From a virus (taxonomy: Duplodnaviria > Caudoviricetes), in the IMG/VR virus record IMGVR_UViG_3300022602_000025: a stretch of 64,000 bases of DNA, one strand, 5' to 3'. The notes under the pieces are model-generated. The model made no database searches, was not told the DNA's origin, and was given only the letters and a program-made list of their open reading frames with translations. The position numbers and the translations under genes were made by a program. Shown here in pieces: positions 33,418-44,451 of the stretch; positions within the stretch are counted from its first letter, which is position 1; each line of letters begins with the position of its first letter.

Positions 33418-34210
33418 AGGTGATCCGGATTGGGCGTTTACTCCAGAACAATATTTTGAGAAAGAATTTAAATTAATCGATGCTAACTTGATAGAATTAG
33501 GTCAAGATAAAACTGATAAGATTATTCTACGCCAAACACCTACAGAAAAAGAAATGCTGGCCAAGCACTTGCGTATTGATGTACGTGAGAACGCTAAACT
33601 AGACGTCACTATTATTAACGAAGCTAGCGATAAATTACAGCAAGTATTCCTTTACGACATCCGTGTACGTGAGGGCGGGCATATTAATCTTGGTGCATTT
33701 ATTAAGGGCGGAAAACTAAACAAACATATTTTCCAAGTAATCCTTGATGATGGTGCTAATTTTAATGCTTATGGATATGCTCATAATGATGTAGGTGGCG
33801 ACTCTGAATTTATTACTAAAATAGAGCATCAAGGTCCTTATAGTGTTAGCAATCAATATTTTGTATCAGAAGCTGGAAAGAATAGTCAAACAGTATTCCA
33901 ATCAATGATCAACATATTCCCTGACGCAAACTACTCGCAAGTTGGCATTGAAAACGAAAACTTAATCACAGGTGATGAAGGCCGTTGTCAAAGTGTCCCT
34001 GAAGTATACAATCATACATCAACATCAAATGTCAGCAACGCAACTGTTACTAACCCTTTGGAAGATGATAAAGTTTACTATCTACAGAGCCGCGGTATTT
34101 CAAAAGCAGATGCTAAAGCTCTACTAATTTCTGCCCACAGAAAAGCAGTGCTAAACATACTACAAAATTCAGAAATTAAAGAAGAAGTTGAGCAACTGTT
34201 AGTAGACTAA
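33386..34210 (+). CDS. SufB/SufD-like beta-helix protein
   Basis: C-terminal YYLQSRGISKADAKALLI matches the SufB/D C-terminus, adjacent to SufC-like. Confidence 0.75.
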   Translation: MGIQSFLKATKGDPDWAFTPEQYFEKEFKLIDANLIELGQDKTDKIILRQTPTEKEMLAKHLRIDVRENAKLDVTIINEASDKLQQVFLYDIRVREGGHINLGAFIKGGKLNKHIFQVILDDGANFNAYGYAHNDVGGDSEFITKIEHQGPYSVSNQYFVSEAGKNSQTVFQSMINIFPDANYSQVGIENENLITGDEGRCQSVPEVYNHTSTSNVSNATVTNPLEDDKVYYLQSRGISKADAKALLISAHRKAVLNILQNSEIKEEVEQLLVD

Positions 34211-34494
34211 AGTTTACTAATATCATCTGTACTACTTGCAGGTTTATCCCAGATAAATCTGCGCTCTACGCCCTTACGCTGGGCAAAACGCTTTGAATCG
34301 CACTTAGAGCAACAATGGAAATAGGCATTACTGCGCCTTTTAGTTTCCATCTTTGCTTGCGGTCTTTCAAACAGCTCATTACAGCTATCACAGCGAAATA
34401 CTACAATGGTCTTTACCCTTTTGTGGCTATGAACCTTACCTAGTTTGCTAGCTCGCTGATATTCAGTGGTTATTTTCTTTGTTGTGATGAACAT
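34207..34494 (-). CDS. Basic Cys-rich hypothetical protein
   Basis: CDSC and CCSKC motifs, GTAAATA late-like box upstream on the minus strand. Confidence 0.65.
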   Translation of the reverse strand: MFITTKKITTEYQRASKLGKVHSHKRVKTIVVFRCDSCNELFERPQAKMETKRRSNAYFHCCSKCDSKRFAQRKGVERRFIWDKPASSTDDISKL

Positions 34495-34563
34495 TGATTA
34501 TTTACATTGTGGTTACAAAAATCTTTGGTAAATAACACAAAGTAACCCGCTCGGAGCGAATCA

Positions 34564-37500
34564 ATGGCAAATAAAGAATATATTAACGTAGGTAGTCAAT
34601 CAAACGACGGTACTGGTGACAGTATACGTGACGCATTTAGTAAAGTAAACACAAACTTCGATACCCTGTTTAACGTAGCAGGACTAGGAAATGGACTAAG
34701 AATCAAAGGTGGTTTTTCTGATGGTCCTACCGGATATAATACACAATCAGTCTTATTAACAGACGCATTAGGTACAACTGTAACCCAAGCTACAATCGTT
34801 GGTGGTACTGGAATTGGTATTAACTACGACTTTGCCGCTGGCACTATTACGTTAACTAACAATAGAAGTTCACTAAGTTCAGATCCAAATCCTACTTTAT
34901 CCGCAAATCTAAGCGGAAACTATACTTACAGAGCTGTAGATTTTGCCAATCCAGCTGCTGATCAAGACTTAGTTACAAGACGCTGGATATATGACAACTT
35001 CTTAAATCGCGATAGTAACTATGTTTACGAAAGCGGAATTCCTCCAACAACTAGCACAGTATTTGGCGGTAGCACACTTCGCCAAAATATTAGTTTATTA
35101 ACTACAGCAACAAGTTCAACACACTTAGTCAACAAAGCCTATGCTGATGGTAAAGTATCATTAGCTGGTATTAGTGCGATTGATCCTGCTACAGGATCTA
35201 CTAATACATCATTTGGACAAATGACTGGTGCATTACAATTATTTAGAAATCCAAATTCAGGTGACAGCTACTTAACAGCCGCTACCATGGGGTACGTTGA
35301 CAACAATACCTATTGGAGTGATAACAACATCTATGTTAACACTAAAGGTAGCGACTATCAGCCAACAGTACCAAGCGGACGACGTGGCCGTAATAGCCAA
35401 TATGCGTTTGCTACGATCAACAAAGCGGCACGTTATGCAGAAGCATTACAAAATGCAGCCAAAATTGAAGTTGGTGATTATGCACGTCTAATTACCTATG
35501 CCAACGGGCAGGCCGCTACTGTAAGTTCTACTGTAAACAACTACGGTGGAAGCAAACTAACACAATTAAATTTAAATGTAGGAACTGTTGGATCAGACCA
35601 ATTCGGTTCTGTGTCTCCAGGTAACTACACTATTTTCCCTGGACAATATATCCAAGGTGTCGAAAGCGGCGCTCTTGCACTTATTGAAAATATTGCTAAA
35701 TCATCATTTAGTGGCGCTCCAGAAGTATACACCATCCAATATGTTGATTACGCTATCGGCTTCAACACAGACATCATTGCCAGCAATCCACTAAACTCTG
35801 GTACTGTAGCATTTACATTCGTCAGTTTAGAAACTGCACCTATCCCTGATTTCTGGGTAGGCTATCAGTTCTATACTGATACAGGGGTTCCAAACGGTAC
35901 GATCGTAAGTGTACAATCAACAGCTGACTTCCAAGGTAACTATCACGATTCTTTTGTTGTAGAATTTACTTCAGGAGCACCTACTTCAGGAACTATTTCA
36001 AACGGCACATGGCACGTTTATTCAGGCGACCTACAGGCAAACGAACAAGTAGTTTATAATACCAACGTAAGTTCATATCAGATTAGTCTTATTTTAGAGT
36101 CAGGTGAATACTACGAACAGTATCCAATTAAACTTCCACCTAATACTTCTATCCGCGGTGATGAATTCCGCCGTTGTATTATTCGTCCTGCATACGGTGC
36201 ATCAGGAAGTAAGTGGGCTAACACATATTTCAAACGTGATACACAGATTGACGGACTACAGATTGCCGCACTTAACAGCGGAACTAACTATGCTAGCACA
36301 GGAAGCATAGCAAACGCATCAGTATCCTTAACTGGTAGTAATGGTAGCATCACTGTTGCTGTAAGTACAGGTACAGTATCATCTACACTAACAAACTTCA
36401 TGTTTGTTGGTAATGGCGGACAAGGTGTTATTACCGCTGTCAACGGAAGTAGTTTTTCTGTTACTGTTGATAACAACGGATTGACTAGTGCTAGTTCTAT
36501 TCCAGCAGGTAGCTGGGCAATTTACAAACCATATAACTTTGGTTATCACTATCTACGTGATCCAAGCCGTCCAATTAACGTTGGTAACACACAAACCAAC
36601 TACGGCGGATACGCAAGTGCGGCTGCATTGTTAACAGAAAATAGACAGTTTATTCAAGCACAGACTGTTGCGTATGTTAATGCGATTACTTCTGGAACTA
36701 ACTTCCAATACAATCAAGTGTTATGCTATCGTGACGCAGGATTAATTGTTGATAGTTTAGTATACGACTTAACCTACGGTGGTTATGGACAAAGTACAGT
36801 CGCAGGTGATTCATATGCTAACGTAACCGCTGTACAGTCTGGAGAGTTGACTACAACTACCGCTGCCATTGCGTTCATTGGCACACTTTCACAACAGATC
36901 ATACAGAATCAAAGCGTAACCTTATATCAGAATACAGTAACACAAACTATTGATACAACATACACAGCAGAGTCTGGCTCTGGTGTAGTGCTTGCTGATA
37001 TGGTTAATGTTATTAACAAGATCCTAAACAAGGAAGCAGATCTAAACTTACCAAAACTAAACAGCGAAATGGATGTGTTCTTAATGAACGATGCAACCAT
37101 GGTTCGTTATGTTAGCTGTCAAAACCATGGCGGCTTCATGGAAGTTCTCGATCCTGTTGGCCAGATTAAAAATAAATCACCTTACACACAGACCTGTTCG
37201 TCATTTAGTCAAAGTAATGCTAAACAACGTTTTGCAGGTGGTATGTACTGTGACGGCTTTGCTGGTAACGTACTAGCAACTCCAACAACTTCAACACTGA
37301 CAACTCCTATACTGTTCCCAGTTAACGGACTATTACGTAGACCACAGGTTCCAACATTCTTTAATGTAAATGGTATACGCTATGAAGTTGACTTCTTTAG
37401 CAACTATACTCCAGATGTTATTTTACCAACAGGTGAACAAACATACAAAGCTACATTAAATCTAAGTCCAATTAAACTTGGAGGTTTGACTTTAGGCGCA

Positions 37501-40500
37501 ACTGTTGTAACTGATTTGATCGGCGGCTTCCAACCTAACCAAACATACATACCTGTTACATTTAGTTCTCCAACTGCTGTAGGTGGATCAAAAGCCCAGG
37601 GTTATGTTCAAACAAATAGTGCTGGTAAGGTTTATAACTTTGTTATAACTTTCCCAGGTGTTGGATATTCAACCGCTCCAACAGTAACTATCGGTGGTGC
37701 GGTTATTAACAACCTTGTGATCAGCACAGGTGGTGCTATTACATCATTTAATATTGCATCAGGCGGACAAGGTTATTCAACAGGCACAACGATTACAATT
37801 AATCCTATCGGAACTACTACTGTTAATACAGCGACAGCTCAAGTAACAGCGGTTAATACAGTAACTGGTGCTATCACATCAGCTACAATTATTTCAGGTG
37901 GTACTAACTGGGCTAGCAATATCAGTTACAATGTAGTATATGGTAACGTTTCATTACCAGTACCAACTCCAGTTCCAGGCTTCTTAGATAATGTACCTGC
38001 ACAGATTGAATTACAAACAGCTGGTAACCGTAGTATGTTGGCCAATGACTTTACACAGGTCAACGATTTAGGTTATGGTATCTTTATTAATAACGGTGGC
38101 TTCGCTGAAAACGTTTCAATGTTTACATACTACAACCATGTATCGTATTACTCATTGAATGGTTCACAAATTCGTTCTACTACAGGTTCAAGCTGTTACG
38201 GTGACTACGGTCTACGTGCTGAAGGTTCAGATCCTAATGAAGTTCCGACAGCAGCTAACTTATCATATGCGTTGACACAAGCTGTTGGTGCTTATGTAAG
38301 TTCTCCATCATACACAGCACTTCTTGGTGCAACTACAATTTATGTCCTTGTTGATTTAGTAAACGGAGGCTTCCCTCCATACAGCAGTGGACAGATGGAA
38401 ATCAACCATCACGGTGTTATCCAGAACTACACAATTAATGCCGCAAGCCAAATATTAGATGGCAGTGGAAATCCATTAACATCAGGCGGTAAGTATGTTT
38501 ACCAAATAACATTCGGTCCAGTTGGGTTGATTGATAACGTTGATAGCACAACTCCAATCGTACTACGTGCCACTGACGTATTCAAGTTGAATGGATTTAA
38601 TCCAGCGGCATTTAGTCGTCCTGCAACTGTACTAACATTCAATGATGATCCTACAACAATCTATCACGTAACTGATTACAGTTCAGTACAAACTGACAAC
38701 GCTGTATTCTCATACACTAGCGAAAATTATAATTACATCACATTTAGTACACAGAATCAAGGTGTAAATTATATTCCAATCGCTAACTCAGGTACACTCT
38801 ATACTACCGCTACTGTAACAATTAGTACAACAACATTATCACAAAACGTTACTAAGACAGTTAACGGTACACAAGGTAGTGCATTGTCAGGTGTTCAATA
38901 CCTAGCATTGACTACTTCATCTGGTACTCCAGTTGTTGGACAAGTTGTTAGCGGAACTGGTATTACAACAGGAACTGTTGTAACATTCTTTAATACAACT
39001 ACTCAGATCGTTGGTCTAAGTGTATCAACCGCAGCTTCTGTTGCCGGTGGTACAACTTTAACATTTACAAGTGTAAGACCTTCTGCAAGCGTAAAAATTA
39101 ATGGTGCAGGTAATATTGCAGGCATTACAGTAACTCCTGGCGCCGGTTGGGTTGGTACCACTACTACTGTTGCACTAACAGGAACTACTACAGGCGTTGG
39201 TGCTATTATTCCAACTAACATCAATATCGCAGGTAATGTCGGATCTAAGACGCTCCAAATCAGTAACTTAGATGCCAAGAGTGCCGCAAGAATTGCAAAC
39301 GGTTTAGCCGCAAGCACTCCTTACTATTATGAGTTTGGTGTTAACGGACAAAAATTTAAGATCCTTGCATATCGTAGCACAAGCGTAACTGGCCAGACAT
39401 GGGCAGAAATTGATGTCGACCAAGCGATCGCTGTTGCTATCAAACCAGGAATGACTTTACAAGCTGGCTTACCTAGCAACGGTTCTGCGGCAATCACAGT
39501 TATTATTTCTCTATGCCGTGTAACAGGACATGACTTCGTTGACGTAGGTACAGGTGGTTATGCAACTACTCGTATTCCAAACGACTTATACGGACCTCCA
39601 ATTATTAGTCCTGATCAAACTAAGGAAGTAATTGAAGTAGGCAAAGGTCGTGTATTCTATGTGTCTACTGACCAAGACGGTAACTTCCGTGTTGGTAGTG
39701 CTTTCCGTGTTGATCAATCACAAGGTACAGTTACTATTAGTGCTCCGTTAGATTTGACAAACTTAACTAGTTTGAGTTTGAAGAAAGATCTTGGACCAGC
39801 TATTACACAATTTACTATTGATGATACATTAGACGGATCAAGTCCAACTAACCAATTTGTTCCAACTGAACTAGCTGTTGTTAACTATATCAGCAGACGT
39901 TTAGGTATTGACCAAAACGGTAACGTTTATGCTGGATCTCCATTAGGACCACAGTTCTTAGCACGTAGTGGTGTGTTGCCAATGACTGGCTCAATTGACA
40001 TGGGTACACATAATATTGTTAACCTTGCTGCGCCGCGCCTAAGTTATGGTACTGACGCTGTTAACAAGAACTATGCAGATACTAAGATTAGTAACGCAGG
40101 TACTGCCGCTCTTGATGTTGATGGTTCTACACACGTTCCTAACTGGGGTGTAATGACTGGATCACTACAATTATCTAATGATCCATTTGTAGTTACAACT
40201 AGTGCAACTACTCAAGCTGTTAGCGGATTGTTCACAATCACTTTAGCAACTGTAACTGGTGTTACATTAGAAAATCAAGTTAACGCACCTGGTATAACTC
40301 CAGGTAGCTATATCACTCAGATTGATTATGTAAACAAAGTTATCACGTTGAATCAAGCGATTGCAACAACTATCACTCCATCAACAACTATTACGATTGA
40401 TCCTGTAGTGCAGGCCGCAACAAAACGTTACGTTGATAAACAAAGTCAATTCAATCAGCTACGTGATGTTTCAGTAAGCACAGCGACTGATACTGATTTA

Positions 40501-41937
40501 GTAATGTTTGCAGGTCCTATCGCTGTTAGTACAACAACTAACCCTGCTGTATATAATACTGCAACTAGAGTTGTTAATGTAACAAACAATACAGCTGCTA
40601 TCACAAACACATCATCTGCAAATGGTGGCGGTAGTGATGTAACATTAGCACGTACTGGCAATCAAGTAACTATTAAACTAGTCGGTGGTCAAGGTAGTGC
40701 TAACCCAATTACAGACTACCATGTAAACAATAATGCGGCTATCCAACAAAGTAAGTTGGCTATGAATGCCGCAACTACTCGTGCTAGTTCATCAGGAATT
40801 ACACAAGCTAACTTAGGTCTATCAAGTTTTGATAGTTCATTGTTTGCCGCAACTAACGGATGGGTAACATTAAACCTAGCAAACAATCTTTCACCGACAA
40901 CTGATATTGCTTATAACTTAGGTTCGTCAGGATTCCGTTGGGGTAACTTATTTGTTAACACAGCAACTATCAGCAGTAATTTAAATGTTGCAGGTGGATT
41001 AGTAACTACTAATACTTCATTCAACTTGTTAAATGCTACAGCAACTACAATTAACTTTGGTGGTGCTGGTACAGCGATCCGCATTGGTGCAAATACAGGT
41101 TGGACAAATATCAACAACCTTACAACAATCACTAATACAGCTAATGCTACTACTGTAACTAATGGTGCATTAAATGTTGTCGGTGGTTTAGGTGTACAAA
41201 AAGATGCGTACTTTGGCGGCCAGTTATATGTAGGAGGTAGTCCAGTACTAACTTATGCTAACTATACTCCAGGTGGTGTACAACAATTACTTGCAGGTCC
41301 TAATATTGCATTGAACCCAACAAGCGGTACAGGAACTGTAACTATAAGTGTAACAGGACAGTTAGGTGTTCCAACTGTAATTGGCTCGGCTAATCAGATT
41401 TTAGTAAATGGTTCAAGCGGGTCAACTTCAACTACAGCAACATTTACACTATCGCCAACACTTGATATTACTGTACAAAACTTACGTTCAGTTAGTGGCG
41501 GTGCTACTGTATATGGTACATGGACGTTAGCTAGCGGTGCTACTTTCCAAGCAACATACGCTGACTTGGCAGAGTGGTACACATCAGATGATTTCTACGA
41601 ACCAGGTACTGTGTTAATATTTGGTGGTGTTGCTGAAGTAACTGTAACAGCAGTAAGTAACGATTCAAGAGTTGCAGGTGTTGTAACAACTGATCCAGCT
41701 TATGTAATGAACGCAGGTATATCTACAGGTACAGCAGCTTGTATAGCATTACAAGGTCGTGTACCAGTTAAGGTTATCGGTGTTGTACGTAAAGGAGATT
41801 TACTAACAACTTCACTTACACCAGGATATGCAACTAAGGCAATGAACCCAACAGTAGGTACTATCATTGGTAAGGCATTAGCAGATAAAACAGACCCAGG
41901 AATGGGAATTATTGAAGTAGCTATAGGAAGAATGTAA
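34564..41937 (+). CDS. 2457-aa baseplate/tail-fibre-like structural protein
   Basis: N-terminus INVG...DGTGDSIRDAFSKVNTNF (T4 gp9/gp10-like), Thr/Gly/Ser-rich beta repeats, C-terminal YADLAE...GRVPVKV...IIGKAL domain typical of phage fibres. Confidence 0.85.
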   Translation: MANKEYINVGSQSNDGTGDSIRDAFSKVNTNFDTLFNVAGLGNGLRIKGGFSDGPTGYNTQSVLLTDALGTTVTQATIVGGTGIGINYDFAAGTITLTNNRSSLSSDPNPTLSANLSGNYTYRAVDFANPAADQDLVTRRWIYDNFLNRDSNYVYESGIPPTTSTVFGGSTLRQNISLLTTATSSTHLVNKAYADGKVSLAGISAIDPATGSTNTSFGQMTGALQLFRNPNSGDSYLTAATMGYVDNNTYWSDNNIYVNTKGSDYQPTVPSGRRGRNSQYAFATINKAARYAEALQNAAKIEVGDYARLITYANGQAATVSSTVNNYGGSKLTQLNLNVGTVGSDQFGSVSPGNYTIFPGQYIQGVESGALALIENIAKSSFSGAPEVYTIQYVDYAIGFNTDIIASNPLNSGTVAFTFVSLETAPIPDFWVGYQFYTDTGVPNGTIVSVQSTADFQGNYHDSFVVEFTSGAPTSGTISNGTWHVYSGDLQANEQVVYNTNVSSYQISLILESGEYYEQYPIKLPPNTSIRGDEFRRCIIRPAYGASGSKWANTYFKRDTQIDGLQIAALNSGTNYASTGSIANASVSLTGSNGSITVAVSTGTVSSTLTNFMFVGNGGQGVITAVNGSSFSVTVDNNGLTSASSIPAGSWAIYKPYNFGYHYLRDPSRPINVGNTQTNYGGYASAAALLTENRQFIQAQTVAYVNAITSGTNFQYNQVLCYRDAGLIVDSLVYDLTYGGYGQSTVAGDSYANVTAVQSGELTTTTAAIAFIGTLSQQIIQNQSVTLYQNTVTQTIDTTYTAESGSGVVLADMVNVINKILNKEADLNLPKLNSEMDVFLMNDATMVRYVSCQNHGGFMEVLDPVGQIKNKSPYTQTCSSFSQSNAKQRFAGGMYCDGFAGNVLATPTTSTLTTPILFPVNGLLRRPQVPTFFNVNGIRYEVDFFSNYTPDVILPTGEQTYKATLNLSPIKLGGLTLGATVVTDLIGGFQPNQTYIPVTFSSPTAVGGSKAQGYVQTNSAGKVYNFVITFPGVGYSTAPTVTIGGAVINNLVISTGGAITSFNIASGGQGYSTGTTITINPIGTTTVNTATAQVTAVNTVTGAITSATIISGGTNWASNISYNVVYGNVSLPVPTPVPGFLDNVPAQIELQTAGNRSMLANDFTQVNDLGYGIFINNGGFAENVSMFTYYNHVSYYSLNGSQIRSTTGSSCYGDYGLRAEGSDPNEVPTAANLSYALTQAVGAYVSSPSYTALLGATTIYVLVDLVNGGFPPYSSGQMEINHHGVIQNYTINAASQILDGSGNPLTSGGKYVYQITFGPVGLIDNVDSTTPIVLRATDVFKLNGFNPAAFSRPATVLTFNDDPTTIYHVTDYSSVQTDNAVFSYTSENYNYITFSTQNQGVNYIPIANSGTLYTTATVTISTTTLSQNVTKTVNGTQGSALSGVQYLALTTSSGTPVVGQVVSGTGITTGTVVTFFNTTTQIVGLSVSTAASVAGGTTLTFTSVRPSASVKINGAGNIAGITVTPGAGWVGTTTTVALTGTTTGVGAIIPTNINIAGNVGSKTLQISNLDAKSAARIANGLAASTPYYYEFGVNGQKFKILAYRSTSVTGQTWAEIDVDQAIAVAIKPGMTLQAGLPSNGSAAITVIISLCRVTGHDFVDVGTGGYATTRIPNDLYGPPIISPDQTKEVIEVGKGRVFYVSTDQDGNFRVGSAFRVDQSQGTVTISAPLDLTNLTSLSLKKDLGPAITQFTIDDTLDGSSPTNQFVPTELAVVNYISRRLGIDQNGNVYAGSPLGPQFLARSGVLPMTGSIDMGTHNIVNLAAPRLSYGTDAVNKNYADTKISNAGTAALDVDGSTHVPNWGVMTGSLQLSNDPFVVTTSATTQAVSGLFTITLATVTGVTLENQVNAPGITPGSYITQIDYVNKVITLNQAIATTITPSTTITIDPVVQAATKRYVDKQSQFNQLRDVSVSTATDTDLVMFAGPIAVSTTTNPAVYNTATRVVNVTNNTAAITNTSSANGGGSDVTLARTGNQVTIKLVGGQGSANPITDYHVNNNAAIQQSKLAMNAATTRASSSGITQANLGLSSFDSSLFAATNGWVTLNLANNLSPTTDIAYNLGSSGFRWGNLFVNTATISSNLNVAGGLVTTNTSFNLLNATATTINFGGAGTAIRIGANTGWTNINNLTTITNTANATTVTNGALNVVGGLGVQKDAYFGGQLYVGGSPVLTYANYTPGGVQQLLAGPNIALNPTSGTGTVTISVTGQLGVPTVIGSANQILVNGSSGSTSTTATFTLSPTLDITVQNLRSVSGGATVYGTWTLASGATFQATYADLAEWYTSDDFYEPGTVLIFGGVAEVTVTAVSNDSRVAGVVTTDPAYVMNAGISTGTAACIALQGRVPVKVIGVVRKGDLLTTSLTPGYATKAMNPTVGTIIGKALADKTDPGMGIIEVAIGRM

Positions 41938-44432
41938 TGACAGCATTAACCTGGCGTTTTGCTCCAGGGTTTTTAGGAACCCTCACAGAAAGACAATTCT
42001 CATCGGTATCTGTTGAGGCACAGCCAGCTGGAAACATTACCTACTCTTTATTGAGTGGTAGTCTTCCTCCAGGGATGAATCTTAACTCATCAACTGGTAT
42101 TATTAATGGAACTCCTCTATCAGTTCCGGATGATGTTGATTCAACATTTGTTATTCGTGCTGTTAACACATCATCTGGAATAATAGACGGAACATTTAGT
42201 ATTGAAGTACAAGGACCAACACAGCCAATCTGGGCGACTTCATCTGGTTCACTTCCCGCAGGATTAAATGGCGAGTATTATACGTTTAATAAAGAATTCG
42301 TTGACTATACCGTTAGAGCGCAGACAGATGTATTAACAAACGGAAACACATTAAAGTATTTCATTGGTGATAATGATGGTAGTTTGCCTCCTGGTTTAAC
42401 ATTAACACAGTCGGGTCGCATCTATGGATTCGTAAATGACCTCCTAACATTAGATTACGGCGCAAGTAATACAGGCGGGTATGACAGCGAAAACTATGAC
42501 GGCTATCCATACGATCATGCGATCTACAATAGCCAAGGTGTTCTTCAGCAGGTTAAACCAACGTCCATTGATAAAATTTATCAATTTTATATTACAGTCA
42601 CAGATGGTATTGCGACCAGCAAGAGATTATTCAGTATCAAAGTTATTGACCCTAATAGTTTGCGTGTTGATAATACGTTTATCAAATCTGACGAAACAGA
42701 TTTTGACACCAGCGTAGGCTATCTATTAAGTCCACTATGGCAAGATAATCTTGGAAATAAATTAGCGGGTGTTTCAAATTTAGGATCTATAAGAGCAGGT
42801 AAAGAACAAGTGTTTTCTTTATATGAGTACGATCCTTATCCTTTAACTGGTCCAGTTACTTACAGTTGGGACATAGCAGTTAACCCAGAAATATCGTTAG
42901 TAACAGATAATAGAATTAATAATGCAGGTATTGATGCAGAAAACATTCCTGGAAAGACAGCAATATATTTTAAAAATGCAACTGTATTTCCTATAGCAGG
43001 AATGAAAGTTAGATTTAGTGATTACATCGGAACTGCAGGAACTACGGTATATACTATCACTGGAGTAGTTAAACTAGGGTCTACTCAAGGTTACCTAAAC
43101 ATTGATCAACCGTTAGCTGATCATTTGCCTGACTCAACTGTATTTTATGTTGGAACTCCAAGTGTCCATCCGCCAGGCTTGACTCTTGATGGAAGTACAG
43201 GAAAATTATACGGAAGAATACAATACCAACCTGCGTTTAGTAAGACATATAGATTTACGATCAAGACAATAAAGACAGACATCAACACAGGCGGTGTTGC
43301 AACTAACAGTCAAATCTTTAGCATGACTGTTCTTGGGGATATACAAAGTAGCATACAATTCATAACCACAGGTAGCCTTGGTACTTTAATACCTGGAGAA
43401 ATTAGCGAGTTAGCTGCTGTGGCGACTAATACCAATAGTACGTTTCCTTTAGAGTATTCTTTAGTAAGCGGACAGTTACCAGATGGATTAACTTTAAATA
43501 GCGATGGATCTATCCAAGGACAAATCGCATTTGATAGTCAGACACATATTGATCTATTACCTGGCGATGGCACTCCTTATGGCTATGGTGCGTTTACCTT
43601 AGACGGTGGTACAACTACTATTGACGAGAATTGGTATTTTACTGTACAAGCTAATGACGTTTATAAATTAGATGCTGTAACTCAACAGGTATATATCAAA
43701 GTCCTAGAAGACAATTTAAATCTATATACAAGAATATATATTAAACCGTTCTTAAGTATTGACAAGAGAACTGCTTACAAAAATTTCACTACAGACAAAA
43801 CAGTTTTTGATCCAGCATTACTATACAGACCTAATGATCCAAACTTTGGAGTTCAGAGTTCAATCAAATTAGTAATTGAATCAGGAATCCAGCAAGCTAC
43901 CGTAGATCAATATTTTGGTGCCCTACAAAACTTCCTAAGTAAAAAACGTTTTTACTTTGGTGATGTAGGATATATCACAGCAACTGATATCTATGGAAAA
44001 TCTTATTACGATATTGTGTATGTGAGTATTGTCGACTCTCAAATGTCTGGATCAGTAAGTGTAAGTCCTACAACATATTCCTACAACGGGCAATCATATA
44101 CTACCTATCCAGAATCAATTGGATATCTACAGACACAATTAGAATCTATTGATGTTGTTAGTGGCACAACAATCTTAGTAGATGATAGATTACAGCCAAA
44201 ATATCAAACAACATTAGATCAATCCACGGGTGTTCCTATTGGATTTATTAAAGCGGTGCCGCTGTGCTATACCTTACCTGGACAGTCAGCTAAGATCGTA
44301 TCACGAATTAATAACCTAATTACTACAGGACAGTTTAGTTTCCAACAGTTTGATTTTGATACTGATAGAATTGTAGTAGAAACTTTAGGGACTGGAACAA
44401 ATTGGGTAAATTTTCCACTAATAAATACATAA
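41937..44432 (+). CDS. Structural protein with putative Ig (He_PIG-like) repeats
   Basis: Repeated SGSLPPG(M/L)xLxxxG.I.G motifs. Confidence 0.8.
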   Translation: MTALTWRFAPGFLGTLTERQFSSVSVEAQPAGNITYSLLSGSLPPGMNLNSSTGIINGTPLSVPDDVDSTFVIRAVNTSSGIIDGTFSIEVQGPTQPIWATSSGSLPAGLNGEYYTFNKEFVDYTVRAQTDVLTNGNTLKYFIGDNDGSLPPGLTLTQSGRIYGFVNDLLTLDYGASNTGGYDSENYDGYPYDHAIYNSQGVLQQVKPTSIDKIYQFYITVTDGIATSKRLFSIKVIDPNSLRVDNTFIKSDETDFDTSVGYLLSPLWQDNLGNKLAGVSNLGSIRAGKEQVFSLYEYDPYPLTGPVTYSWDIAVNPEISLVTDNRINNAGIDAENIPGKTAIYFKNATVFPIAGMKVRFSDYIGTAGTTVYTITGVVKLGSTQGYLNIDQPLADHLPDSTVFYVGTPSVHPPGLTLDGSTGKLYGRIQYQPAFSKTYRFTIKTIKTDINTGGVATNSQIFSMTVLGDIQSSIQFITTGSLGTLIPGEISELAAVATNTNSTFPLEYSLVSGQLPDGLTLNSDGSIQGQIAFDSQTHIDLLPGDGTPYGYGAFTLDGGTTTIDENWYFTVQANDVYKLDAVTQQVYIKVLEDNLNLYTRIYIKPFLSIDKRTAYKNFTTDKTVFDPALLYRPNDPNFGVQSSIKLVIESGIQQATVDQYFGALQNFLSKKRFYFGDVGYITATDIYGKSYYDIVYVSIVDSQMSGSVSVSPTTYSYNGQSYTTYPESIGYLQTQLESIDVVSGTTILVDDRLQPKYQTTLDQSTGVPIGFIKAVPLCYTLPGQSAKIVSRINNLITTGQFSFQQFDFDTDRIVVETLGTGTNWVNFPLINT

Positions 44433-44451
44433 TCAAAGGGCAACTGTAAAA

